Assembly (NCBI GenBank): GCA_963753595.1
Contig: CAVWCX010000034.1
Span: 1 to 64,000, forward strand
DNA: 64,000 nt
Reading direction: 5' to 3'
DNA from: Candidatus Methanoperedenaceae archaeon
GTDB taxonomy: Archaea > Halobacteriota > Methanosarcinia > Methanosarcinales > Methanoperedenaceae
Position 1 is the stretch's first letter. Every line of letters starts with the position of its first letter. The notes beneath the pieces were generated by a model, which worked only from the letters and a program-made list of their open reading frames with translations, was not told the origin of the DNA and did not search any database. Both the position numbers and the translations under genes were made by a program. Positions 50,813 to 60,362 of this stretch are shown one piece after another.

Positions 50813-51225
50813 TTTAAGACTCTTTCTTTTACCCCTGCAACGTCATTGATCACAAGTTCAAAACCTGCGCTATCATCAAATTCCGGGAATTTCATGTAAC
50901 CTTCAATATGATGCCCTCCCATGCCTCCATCCCACGACTCCGGTTTGATGGTATTCCCTTTACTGTCACGGATATAAGATAACTTTGCCAGCTCATAATC
51001 CAGCGATCCGGAGTGGGTATCAAGCTTAATTTCAAATTCATTATTCCCAAGATACACAGCAGTGATAGTTACTCCCGCTTCAGAGTTTTCTCTCATGTCA
51101 GGTGAATCCGAAGTTTTATCTGAAGAAGCTGGAGCTACAGTAGCTTCGGTTTTTTCTGACAGGCACCCGCTGACTGCTGCCGTAATCAAGATCAAAAGTG
51201 CTATTATTATTCCTGATATTCTCAT
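50806..51225 (-). CDS. Lipoprotein with DTHS / GGHH motifs
   Basis: AVSGC lipobox; LDTHSGSL, WDGGMGGHH. Confidence 0.82.
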   Translation of the reverse strand: MRISGIIIALLILITAAVSGCLSEKTEATVAPASSDKTSDSPDMRENSEAGVTITAVYLGNNEFEIKLDTHSGSLDYELAKLSYIRDSKGNTIKPESWDGGMGGHHIEGYMKFPEFDDSAGFELVINDVAGVKERVLKW

Positions 51226-51485
51226 GTAAGTTCCTCCTTTTTTGTATCATTAGTCTGACTTTGAGGGTTCTGCGCACCATGATTCATGTTTTTCATCATC
51301 AAAAGATGCATTATTGGGCAAAGCAGCAGTATTCCAAAAGAAAGTATATTCTGCGAAACTCCTGCAACCCACAGAAACCCGATGAGCAAAAGCGGGATTA
51401 CGCAGCCGAGCAACATCATTATTGCATGCTTATGCCTGCTGAAAAATCCTTCCTTTATATTTGGAGTATTTGTATCGCTTTCCAT
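51222..51485 (-). CDS. DUF2933-family protein
   Basis: HAIMMLLGCVIP, LLLCPIMHLLMM. Confidence 0.85.
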   Translation of the reverse strand: MESDTNTPNIKEGFFSRHKHAIMMLLGCVIPLLLIGFLWVAGVSQNILSFGILLLCPIMHLLMMKNMNHGAQNPQSQTNDTKKEELT

Positions 51486-51507
51486 TCATGCACCTCTGCA
51501 AAAAAAA

Positions 51508-51708
51508 TTACCAGAACTTCCACCAGGGTTTTTTCTCACTCATGCCTGCATGCCCACTTTTCTGGTATTTTTCTGGATCAGAATCAAAAGCTTTCTTGCA
51601 CCCGGGCGCGCAAAAATAAGTAGTCTTCCCTTTATATTCTGATTTGTACTGTGCCGTATTTTCATCTACTAACATTCCACAAATTGGGTCTTTCTGCATA
51701 TTGTTCAT
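51508..51708 (-). CDS. YHS-domain protein
   Basis: KDPICGMLV...YKGKTTYFCAPGCKKAF...PEKY. Confidence 0.93.
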   Translation of the reverse strand: MNNMQKDPICGMLVDENTAQYKSEYKGKTTYFCAPGCKKAFDSDPEKYQKSGHAGMSEKKPWWKFW

Positions 51709-51740
51709 ATCTCCTTTTATTGTTTTTAACATATTTGTAC

Positions 51741-51757
51741 TTTACGTTTAATGTAAA
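51741..51757. promoter_or_regulatory. TTTAC-N7-GTAAA operator upstream of YHS gene
   Basis: TAC-TTTACGTTTAATGTAAA-GTA extended palindrome in a short intergenic gap. Confidence 0.7.
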
Positions 51758-51766
51758 GTAAGTATC

Positions 51767-52258
51767 TTATGACGGCGGTGATGTATTTGTTCCAACACCC
51801 CTGCCTGAATACCTGTCATCGATGATTTTTCTGACATCTTTGAGTGAATATCCCGTCATCAACATGTCCCTTGCTTCAAGCGTTATGTCATTGCATAACT
51901 TGCATTCCGACGCATGCGGCTCATAGTTTCCATCAGATTTGATGTAACAATCCTTGAGGCTCTTATGTGACAGGAGCTTGTCTGAATGCTGCATGCCAGC
52001 ACAGCCGCAGTAGCAGGCCAGGTACATGACCTTATCCTGATTCTGTGACGCAAAGATATAGGCTTCAGCCACCCGGCTGGTTTTCCGGGCGAAATCCGGA
52101 AGTTCAGGTTTGACTAATATATTAGTACTGTAAGCTCCTGATTTGTCCAGACTTGTTTTGTTCAATATTTGCGAGTCACTGGATATTGTATACATTGTAT
52201 ACACTATTATTAAGATCACCAGGATCGAAATTGCACCAGGGATAAATTTAAATTTCAT
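51767..52258 (-). CDS. PCYCGC-motif membrane-anchored protein
   Basis: LACYCGC...HKSLKDCY...HASECKLC, GTNTSPP. Confidence 0.88.
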   Translation of the reverse strand: MKFKFIPGAISILVILIIVYTMYTISSDSQILNKTSLDKSGAYSTNILVKPELPDFARKTSRVAEAYIFASQNQDKVMYLACYCGCAGMQHSDKLLSHKSLKDCYIKSDGNYEPHASECKLCNDITLEARDMLMTGYSLKDVRKIIDDRYSGRGVGTNTSPPS

Positions 52259-52270
52259 GCATTCTCCATA

Positions 52271-52966
52271 TCAAATTATTTCCAGTATCACAAATCCCAT
52301 AGCCACCATGAACGACCCCATCAACAGTTTTATTCTCATTTTGTTCCTTGACTGCCATGCTATCATTTTATCTACAACAGCCCTATTGGTGGAGGCAAGA
52401 AGAACTGCAACAAGAGGCACGATAAGCATCAGGTTGTAGAGCAAAAGGTATAGTATGCCCTGAGCCAGCGTGGATTGTAGTGATAACAAACCAATAACTG
52501 CAAGATATATGCCGCCGCTGCATGGCACTGTACAAAGACCGACAAGGACACCGGCTCCGAAGACACCTGGTACAGTTGTGCGCCTTATCCAGTTGTTTAT
52601 TGAGGTGTGCATGCTCCCTGGAATTGCCAGGAGGGGGCTGCCAGGTATGAAATAATCCTTCATTACTATCACGCCAAGTATGATGGAAATTAATCCGGCA
52701 GCCTTACCCACAGCATGAGTTGTTGAAAAAAAGGATATAGCGCTCAGGAAACCGATACCTATTAAAACATAGGTTACAAAAATTCCGCTGATATATATCG
52801 AACCCACTTTCATCAGTCCATACCTGTAATCAGATTGAAACTGGAGCATTCCCATAGTAAAAGTGATGAAAAGAAGCAGGACTGCAAAAGCGCAGGGATT
52901 GAAACCGTCAATTAAGCCTGCCGTAATCACCAGGGGAAGTGTTAAAGTCTGTGGGTCGATCGCCAT
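52271..52966 (-). CDS. CcdA/DsbD-like transmembrane protein
   Basis: GLIDGFNPCAF and CTVPCSGGIY. Confidence 0.85.
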   Translation of the reverse strand: MAIDPQTLTLPLVITAGLIDGFNPCAFAVLLLFITFTMGMLQFQSDYRYGLMKVGSIYISGIFVTYVLIGIGFLSAISFFSTTHAVGKAAGLISIILGVIVMKDYFIPGSPLLAIPGSMHTSINNWIRRTTVPGVFGAGVLVGLCTVPCSGGIYLAVIGLLSLQSTLAQGILYLLLYNLMLIVPLVAVLLASTNRAVVDKMIAWQSRNKMRIKLLMGSFMVAMGFVILEII

Positions 52967-52973
52967 TGCTGCC

Positions 52974-53438
52974 TCAAACCACTATAAGTGTCCCATGCAT
53001 GCCCGGATTCTCCTTTCCTCCACAGCAAATATCGCAATACCAGTGATATTCGCCTTTCTGAGTTGGCGTGAAGGTAATAACTTCCTGGCTTTCAGGCTGG
53101 ACTGTGACATTCAGATTGGCCAGTCCTGTTGTGAGAATGAAGTTGTGCATTCCACCGCCGTCGGTATGGTATGAATTATCAGGGTTTATAAGGTTTATGG
53201 TGACAGGCTGCCCTGCTTTTGCTGTGATTGTATTTGGTTCAAAGCCTGCCATGCTGATGGTCATTTTTATGGCATTTTTGTCAACTGGTTCCATAGCCTC
53301 TGATTTACTCAGGATCAAATAAATCGCGCTGCCAAATATCGCAATAACGATAACGATGAACAGAATGCTCATGTATGGAATCTTTTTCTCCAGATTTCCT
53401 TTTGTTCTTTTATGTTTTTTTGATATTGACATTTTCAA
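52974..53438 (-). CDS. Membrane-anchored cupredoxin-domain protein
   Basis: FEPNTITAKAG, HNF, YCDICCGGKENPGMHGTL. Confidence 0.88.
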   Translation of the reverse strand: MKMSISKKHKRTKGNLEKKIPYMSILFIVIVIAIFGSAIYLILSKSEAMEPVDKNAIKMTISMAGFEPNTITAKAGQPVTINLINPDNSYHTDGGGMHNFILTTGLANLNVTVQPESQEVITFTPTQKGEYHWYCDICCGGKENPGMHGTLIVV

Positions 53439-53447
53439 TCCTCCTGA

Positions 53448-54380
53448 TCACATTTTATTATTCGGCTGTTTAATCCCCGTTTGAAAAAAGTTCGGACCGG
53501 GCTTCTTTTTTAATTTATCGATCTTAATACAAATCCGGATTGCTTTCTGCCGGTATTCTTCCATTAATTTCCTGTATTCTTCCGAGATTTCAGGCCCTGC
53601 ATGTTTTTCAAATCCATGAATTGTCATGAAAATGTTTCTTTTCTCATTCTCAAGCTCTTCCAGGGTGTATTCTTTTTTATATTTCCTGAAGATTTTCCTC
53701 CTGAAACGATAGACTAAACCAATTGAAAACAAAAAAAGAACTCCAATTCCCGCATATTGATAATCCGGTTCCTTCGTCATTTTAACCGGAATACTTACAG
53801 TCTCCCCCGCTTTGATATCATTAAAACTGATGATTTGATATTCATTTCCTCCAAGCGTTATAGTCTCATTTGATCTATCTATGCGCAAGCCATTTTTTTT
53901 ATCGATGAACATCACAATGGAAATGGTATTATATATGGCAGTTTTATTGAACGTATATTCTTGATACTGAAAAGGAAGTGCATATGATATCTGCATCTCA
54001 AAGTTAGCCGCCGGCGCGATCGACTTCATGGGATCTATATATACGACACCTTCATCCTGAACAAGGCAGCATTCCATTGCCTGAGCTTCAAGGTTTCTTA
54101 TATCAGGGGGAGTTGATATGGCAAAGAATGTATGGTTATCCTTGCTGTAGTGAATTTCAGGCCCCTCATTCCTGAATACAACGATCTCAGATATCTCAAG
54201 AGATTTATTTTTCATTGAGATGAAAATATGATCAAGAGCAACACTTATATTGTAATTTCCAGCATTATTTACATCGGTGATATTTACATCGGTGATCTTT
54301 TCATCAATCCGGGCAGAAGCTATGCCTGTGAAATACAATAGAGCTATGAATATAGAAATGGATCCCTTCAAAGCTATCAC
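53448..54380 (-). CDS. Secreted/TM protein with AMECCL motif (short paralogue)
   Basis: Signal peptide, DHI...E...F.N.G, AMECCL...IDPM, TM, coiled-coil tail. Confidence 0.8.
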   Translation of the reverse strand: MIALKGSISIFIALLYFTGIASARIDEKITDVNITDVNNAGNYNISVALDHIFISMKNKSLEISEIVVFRNEGPEIHYSKDNHTFFAISTPPDIRNLEAQAMECCLVQDEGVVYIDPMKSIAPAANFEMQISYALPFQYQEYTFNKTAIYNTISIVMFIDKKNGLRIDRSNETITLGGNEYQIISFNDIKAGETVSIPVKMTKEPDYQYAGIGVLFLFSIGLVYRFRRKIFRKYKKEYTLEELENEKRNIFMTIHGFEKHAGPEISEEYRKLMEEYRQKAIRICIKIDKLKKKPGPNFFQTGIKQPNNKM

Positions 54381-54853
54381 TGCTTATCCTCCAGTGTTGA
54401 TGTGTCATTAGATACATGTTTTTCATTCGTGTCAGGTTCATCAATTTCAGAAACAAAATTCCTGTATTCTTCTTCAAACTGCTGTTCATACTTTTTCATA
54501 TCGGGTATAATATCCATTTTCATTTTTCTTGAAAAAATGAATACAATAAACACAAGTAGAAGGCTTAATGATGTACCAATGACCCATAATTTTGAGATGT
54601 CCTTCCCGGGAGGAGCTATTATCTCCGTTCCATATTCTGCCTGAAGGGCTGAGAATATCTGCTTTTTGGAAAATCCGCTTTCCTTCATCAGAGTAATTTC
54701 TTTTTTTACCTGTATTGCTGTTGTGCAATCGCATGTTGAAATAACCATGGCACATTCGCATGGGCATATCAGGCCGGATGTCATATCATCATCTGCCATG
54801 ACAGGTTTAATTCCTGATATTAGAAGTGTAAAAAGCATAATTACCCTGAGCAT
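54377..54853 (-). CDS. CcmH-like protein with four-Cys motif
   Basis: LICPCEC...CDC, I...G.S...I...L.AEYG..I.APP, TM, YEQQFEEEY. Confidence 0.78.
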   Translation of the reverse strand: MLRVIMLFTLLISGIKPVMADDDMTSGLICPCECAMVISTCDCTTAIQVKKEITLMKESGFSKKQIFSALQAEYGTEIIAPPGKDISKLWVIGTSLSLLLVFIVFIFSRKMKMDIIPDMKKYEQQFEEEYRNFVSEIDEPDTNEKHVSNDTSTLEDKQ

Positions 54854-54921
54854 TATTTTCCTCGTATCGCAGGGGCTTTATTGAACACAAGATGCGGGTC
54901 TCCCCGCAATCTCATGCATGT

Positions 54922-56559
54922 TTACTCATTGCGTTCGATATCATCTATCCTCTGTTCAATAATTTCCTTTAATTCTACCCTGTTCTCTCCTTCTTTTTCT
55001 CTATCAAGCAGCTCTTCCAGGATATCTATGTCGCCTATATGTGCGATCATTTTTTCAAGGACATATACGGGCTGGTTGAGATCAAGGTTCAAGGCTGCTT
55101 CTTTCAATTGTTTTAATACAAGCGTTGCATTTTGTTTATGTTCTTTCTTTTGCTCCTTGTAATCTTTTTGTGTAATTTCTCCTGCATTGAATTTATTTTC
55201 AAGGGCGAGAATAGACCCGAATGCTGCATTCTTTTCAACAAGCAATTCATCGAATGACATTTCAGCAATGTCTTTCTCCACTACATTTTCTAAAAGAACA
55301 CCTGGTTGCGGGCTGACCGCTGCCTGGGGCTCATCAATCGATACCTTCGCTACAGGAGTTGTTCTAACAATGTGCCTTTTTGGCTTTTTGCCTATTTTGT
55401 TTTTAAGGAACGGGTATGAGACAGCCCCGATCAATATTACTGCAACAACAGGGATAAGATAATTGAAATCCTCGCCGCCGCTTGTCTTTGGAACATACCC
55501 GGTTATCCGGATATCCAGTCCCTGCTCTTTTGGCACGTTCTTGAAGCTTAAGACTTCAAATTCTTTTCCCTCCCTTGGCACTATTTCCTTATTGCCAGAT
55601 TGGCTTTCTATCCCAAAACCGTTATTTTTTTCAGATAGCAGCGTCAGGTATGATGTATTGTAGATCATACCTTTGTAAAATATATCTTTCGAGGATCCAG
55701 GATTAAAAATATATGAGATCGAGACACTATATGTTCCACCCGGTAAAATAGGATACATCGGGTCTATCCATGCAGAATCTTTCTCCCTTTGCAGGCAGCA
55801 TTCCATTGCATCCGTTGTGAATCTCGTTATACCTTCTGGTGTTGCTATGCCAACAAATGCCCTGTCTTTGCTAAAGAAAACCTTATCTCCGGTATTCACG
55901 AATTCAACGTATTCATCAACTTTTATTCCGCCCGATGCCGAAGAAAGGACAATATGGTCAATACTTACAGTAAGTACATCCCCTTCTTTTGTGCTATCGT
56001 AAACACTGAAATCAGCTTTTTCTGAAGAATTCACCTGTTTTGTGTAAGGAGCATCTGCATAATTTGTCTCTACGAAATAACTTTTCCCGGCACTTACACT
56101 GTTGAATGAATAATTACCATTCTTATCCGTAGAAGTATTCATTACTTCGATCCCGGTCGCATCCATAAGGCGTACCGGTACCCCTTCAATTGTCTTATTT
56201 GCCTTCCGGACATATCCTGAAATCTTCTCTGAGAGATTAAAATCCACTACAGCTTTCCACTGTAGACCGATATTTTCTCCATAAGTTATATCATTGTAGG
56301 TCACATTGACCCGGTACATACCGTCTTTGAGATCATTAAATACATAATTCCCATCTTTATCTGTTGCAGAATCCGAGAGCTGTTTGAAAGTATAAACAAC
56401 ACCTGCTTCCGGGCTCTGTGTGGCGTTTACGCTGCTTAGTGTGACTTTCTGGTCAGCAAGCTTTTTACCGTAAGATATTACATTACCGCTTATCTCTGAG
56501 GCTGAAGCTGCATTTGCGAAAATAACCAGCATTATAAAAATTGATACTAATTTATTCAT
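54922..56559 (-). CDS. Carboxypeptidase-regulatory-like domain protein with AMECCL motif
   Basis: Two TDKxGNYxF repeats, AMECCL domain, TM, CcmI-like LE..F.AGEI...DY tail; start about 56559. Confidence 0.82.
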   Translation of the reverse strand: MNKLVSIFIMLVIFANAASASEISGNVISYGKKLADQKVTLSSVNATQSPEAGVVYTFKQLSDSATDKDGNYVFNDLKDGMYRVNVTYNDITYGENIGLQWKAVVDFNLSEKISGYVRKANKTIEGVPVRLMDATGIEVMNTSTDKNGNYSFNSVSAGKSYFVETNYADAPYTKQVNSSEKADFSVYDSTKEGDVLTVSIDHIVLSSASGGIKVDEYVEFVNTGDKVFFSKDRAFVGIATPEGITRFTTDAMECCLQREKDSAWIDPMYPILPGGTYSVSISYIFNPGSSKDIFYKGMIYNTSYLTLLSEKNNGFGIESQSGNKEIVPREGKEFEVLSFKNVPKEQGLDIRITGYVPKTSGGEDFNYLIPVVAVILIGAVSYPFLKNKIGKKPKRHIVRTTPVAKVSIDEPQAAVSPQPGVLLENVVEKDIAEMSFDELLVEKNAAFGSILALENKFNAGEITQKDYKEQKKEHKQNATLVLKQLKEAALNLDLNQPVYVLEKMIAHIGDIDILEELLDREKEGENRVELKEIIEQRIDDIERNE

Positions 56560-56974
56560 TTTTTTCATTCTCCTGCAAGAACTTTTCATATTCCAATTCA
56601 AATTCCTCGTTCTCATCCATTCTTTTCCTGCTGATCTTGTAAACAACAACCCCGCCAACTAAGATCCCGGCAGGTAATGCAAGCCATACTATCCAGTCAA
56701 ATCCTTCTTTAGGCGGTGTGGCAAGTACGCCTTTTCCGTATTCTGCCACAAGTTTATTGTAAATCTCTTTCTCAGAAAGACCCTGGCCGATCATAGCCTT
56801 GATTTTATCTTTAATTTCAAGTGAGCTGGGGCATGTGCAGTCGATCACGATCATGGTACATCCTCCCTGGTCGGGGCAGTTCAGGTTCGCTGTTATGTCA
56901 TCTTCTGTCACGGCCAATACCGGCACTGTTAATACAAGGAGGAAGAACCAAATTGCAACTATTTTATGTTTCAT
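56552..56974 (-). CDS. ccmH: CcmH-like protein with four-Cys motif
   Basis: LNCPDQGGC...CTC, LVAEYGKGVLATPPKEGFDWIVW..P. Confidence 0.82.
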   Translation of the reverse strand: MKHKIVAIWFFLLVLTVPVLAVTEDDITANLNCPDQGGCTMIVIDCTCPSSLEIKDKIKAMIGQGLSEKEIYNKLVAEYGKGVLATPPKEGFDWIVWLALPAGILVGGVVVYKISRKRMDENEEFELEYEKFLQENEKNE

Positions 56975-58971
56975 ATACTCTCCGCAGTAATTGTTTTTTG
57001 TACATTTTGATTTATATTTATATCATCAGATGTTATTTTTCGCCTTATCGGTACAACTGTTGACAGGCATATCAGGATCCCCAGTATAAGCACATGGAAT
57101 CCACCTAACCACATCAGGAACATCATTGGCATCACCTTGATCTTGACAGTGGCGCTGTCAGCCGTGATGGCCTGGGCTGAGAAATAAAGGTCATCTATAC
57201 CCACCCTGTAAGACATGGGTTTGACATTCGTGCTCTCCTGCTTTGGATAGTGATACATGCGAGCTTCGCCTTTTGTCAGGACTTTCTCGCCTTTCTTATA
57301 GACATCAAAATATGCCGCCTGTACATCTCTGTTACCCTGGGTATACTGGTCGATATTCATTAGCTTGAAGTCATAATCTCCAACGCTGTATGTCCCGCCA
57401 ACTCGCATATTGTAGGTCTGTGCCTGCTCATATACTACGGCGCCAGCTGCGGCTACGATTATCATAAGGATTCCAATATGGCACATGTAGCCGCCAAAGG
57501 TGCGGCGGTTATTCATGAACGCCCTGTAAATATTCTTCAGGGCTCCTGCATCGTCAATCTTTTTCTGCTTTTTCACTATTCTGGATATATCCAGAAGATG
57601 AGTGGCGCTGACCAGTACGGAGCCGGCAACCGCAACCTGTGCATAAAAATCACGTATACCGATGATGAAAGCGATTATCATTGCAATAACAGACAAAGCA
57701 AGTGGTTTTGTAAAGTTCCTCTGGAGATGGGAAATGGACGCCTTGCGCCATGCTATGAGAGGACATATGCCCATCAGGAATAGAAGCGCTATGCCAAGCG
57801 GGACATTTATCTGGTTGTAGAAAACCGGACCTACCATCACCTTGTAACCCCTGAAGGCTTCAGATAAGAGAGGATATGTAGTCCCCCATAGCACTGACGT
57901 GGTCGCAGCGATGAATATCCAGTTGTTATAGAGAAAACTTGCCTCACGCGATACGAATGATTCAAAGATATTCTTGCTGTTTATCGATTTGTATTTCCAT
58001 GCTACAAGCGCCAGGGTTGCTGCAAGCACCACTATCATGTAATTGATATAATAATATGCGGTCTCAGACGCACCAAAGGTATGTACAGAAGCGATTATCC
58101 CGCTCCGGGTAAGAAGCGTCCCATATATCGTGAGTTCCCATGTGAAAAGGATGAGCAGGATATTCCAGAACTTCATTCCGCCCTTACGTTCCTGTATCAT
58201 AGTGCTGTGATAGAATGCCGTCAGGGTAAGCCAGGGGAGGAATGAAGCGTTCTCAACAGGGTCCCAGCCCCAGAAGCCGCCCCAATTGAGCACAGTATAT
58301 GCCCACCAGCTCCCGAACATGTTGCCAAGAGCCAGTCCAAGCCACGCCCACAGCGCCCAGCGGCGTGCGCGGTAAATCCATGTATCATCTGAAAGATAGA
58401 TACCTGCGGCCATCAGGGCGAACGGGATCAATACCCCTGCATAACCCCAGAATAGCGTTGTGGGGTGAAACAGCATTCCAGGGTCCTGGAGAATCGGATT
58501 GAGACCATTTCCGTCCACAGGCATGAAATCAAGCATCCTGAAAGGACGGGATACTGTAAGCAGCATGTAGAAGAAATAAGCAAGAGTGACAAGGATTATA
58601 GGCATTGCATGTTTGATGAGGTTATCATAGGATTTCCCACGGACTGCGATTATTGCTATATATATGGATATGAGCCAGGCCCATAGCAGTAATGAGCCAT
58701 CAGCGCCAGCCCAGAATCCAGAAATGGTATAGATCAACGACAGGTCAAGGCTGCTGTACATCGCAACATACTCATACTGGAAGTTGCGGGTAATAAAGAG
58801 ATTAAAAAGCCAGATTGAAGCAATAGTGGTCAGAACCGCGATACCGACGATGGCGATCCTTGCGCTGCTGAAAAGTTCATCTTTCTTTTTCCATATCCCG
58901 ATTATGTGCGCAATAAGTGCATAAACGGTTAATAACAGTGCGATTATTAATGTTGTTTCACCTAATTCCAT
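56971..58971 (-). CDS. ccmF: Heme lyase CcmF
   Basis: GNGLNPILQ...HP, WGGFWGWDPVENASFLPW, RSG...SVHTF. Confidence 0.97.
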   Translation of the reverse strand: MELGETTLIIALLLTVYALIAHIIGIWKKKDELFSSARIAIVGIAVLTTIASIWLFNLFITRNFQYEYVAMYSSLDLSLIYTISGFWAGADGSLLLWAWLISIYIAIIAVRGKSYDNLIKHAMPIILVTLAYFFYMLLTVSRPFRMLDFMPVDGNGLNPILQDPGMLFHPTTLFWGYAGVLIPFALMAAGIYLSDDTWIYRARRWALWAWLGLALGNMFGSWWAYTVLNWGGFWGWDPVENASFLPWLTLTAFYHSTMIQERKGGMKFWNILLILFTWELTIYGTLLTRSGIIASVHTFGASETAYYYINYMIVVLAATLALVAWKYKSINSKNIFESFVSREASFLYNNWIFIAATTSVLWGTTYPLLSEAFRGYKVMVGPVFYNQINVPLGIALLFLMGICPLIAWRKASISHLQRNFTKPLALSVIAMIIAFIIGIRDFYAQVAVAGSVLVSATHLLDISRIVKKQKKIDDAGALKNIYRAFMNNRRTFGGYMCHIGILMIIVAAAGAVVYEQAQTYNMRVGGTYSVGDYDFKLMNIDQYTQGNRDVQAAYFDVYKKGEKVLTKGEARMYHYPKQESTNVKPMSYRVGIDDLYFSAQAITADSATVKIKVMPMMFLMWLGGFHVLILGILICLSTVVPIRRKITSDDININQNVQKTITAESI

Positions 58972-58983
58972 GAAAATTCTCCT

Positions 58984-59394
58984 TTATGTTTCGTTGTGGT
59001 CCCCATGATCAAGATCTCCACCGTATTTTGAGGGACATTTCGTTACGACCTGGGTTGCCTCAAAAGTGCCATTTATGAAAATACCGGTAACAACCGCCGG
59101 GATTCCTTCTTTATAATTTCCCGGCATTCCCTGGTTCGATACAACAGTGATCGAAGAGTTCTTATCCGCAAGTTTAAACGTCAGAAGGGCTTTTTCCGGC
59201 ACCCAGACCGTTGAGCCTTTTAGTATGGTGCCATTAACATTCACGATTTTACCGTCTAATGTATCAGCTTTCTGGACGAATTCATCCACTTCATAGTAAA
59301 ATGAGAGTGCGTTGCTGAAGCTCTGCGCTGTAAGAAATAATATAAGTATAACCACGATCCCGACACCGAGCATGTTTTTTTGTTTTCTGTTCAT
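58984..59394 (-). CDS. ccmE: Heme chaperone CcmE (CxxxY type)
   Basis: N-terminal TM, OB fold, TKCPSKY. Confidence 0.93.
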   Translation of the reverse strand: MNRKQKNMLGVGIVVILILFLTAQSFSNALSFYYEVDEFVQKADTLDGKIVNVNGTILKGSTVWVPEKALLTFKLADKNSSITVVSNQGMPGNYKEGIPAVVTGIFINGTFEATQVVTKCPSKYGGDLDHGDHNET

Positions 59395-59420
59395 TCAGTT
59401 TCCTCTTATCCAGATTCAAC

Positions 59421-59437
59421 TTTACAAGCCTTGTAAA
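59421..59437. promoter_or_regulatory. TTTAC-N7-GTAAA operator upstream of ccmE
   Basis: TTTACAAGCCTTGTAAA, about 27 bp before the ccmE start. Confidence 0.7.
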
Positions 59438-59682
59438 CATAATCAAATATACCCCTCCCTTTTTAAGTGGGTTGCGGTTTATAAAAAACAAATTAAAACG
59501 ATATTTGTTTAAAATTTGTAAACCTGGATTCGGGAGATCAATTAGAATTACCCCTACACATAGGGGTTACGTAAAAATAACTTATTTAATTTTATGTTAC
59601 TCATCTAAACGTTTGAAATAAAAACAAAATTTGCATATTTTGTAGGTAATAAATGTGGTTGTTATGGATAATGAATAAATGG

Positions 59683-59712
59683 AACCGCAGATGAACACAG
59701 ATGAACGCAGAT
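59683..59712. repeat. Short tandem repeat of CGCAGATGAA units
   Basis: AACCGCAGATGAACACAGATGAACGCAGAT. Confidence 0.7.
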
Positions 59713-59840
59713 TTATTACTACGCTTTCTGAAAATCATATTAATATTGAGGTTACAACATAAAATATTATATAAAATATATAAATTCTTGTGTAACCCTA
59801 TAGGATATATTTGGATGAACTGTTCCAGAAGAAAATAATA

Positions 59841-60212
59841 GGATAGATGTGACCGGAAACGGGTGGAAAAAAAGTTTTTTTCCGGCCACTAATTTATTAA
59901 TACTACATACTTTTTAATGTGAATTTTGGTTTAAAAAATGCAAAAAAAGTACTGTTTTTTTTTAATTTTCTTTAAACCTTCTAAGACGAACACGTACGAA
60001 CTCTGGCATTTGGAGCAAATCCCTTGTTTACGATGTTGTGGTCCTCCAGCGATAGGACGAAATCGTATAACAAATGGATAGGTGTGACCGGAATATAGGA
60101 GTACGGAAAAAGGCTGTGTTTTTTCCGGCCACTAATTTACTAATACAACATGCTTTTTAATGTGGATTGTGGTTTAAGAATACAAATAAAATAACTATTT
60201 TCTTTAAACCTT
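59841..60212 (-). ncRNA. Two diverged copies of a 140-bp non-coding unit (candidate sRNAs)
   Basis: 59841-59980 and 60076-60212; conserved GTGACCGGAA/TTCCGGCCAC stem with variable loop; TTTAAA box on the minus strand. Confidence 0.45.
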
Positions 60213-60362
60213 TTAAATATGGGACATTATTATTTTAAAACTCTTACCTGGAAACCATATACAATACATGGCTTCTAATGATTGTGAATTTTCCCACCAG
60301 CCTGCCGCAAAAAAAAAGAATAGAACCTTTGCCGCTTAATCTGCGGTATAAATTACTATATA

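Noticed and set aside
59291-59491. Possible ccmD upstream of ccmE
   Set aside because: Overlaps ccmE extensively, has no convincing TM segment and spans the operator
59822-59840. ORB-like GTTCCAGAAGAAA
   Set aside because: Single weak match, no G-string, no cdc6/orc1 nearby
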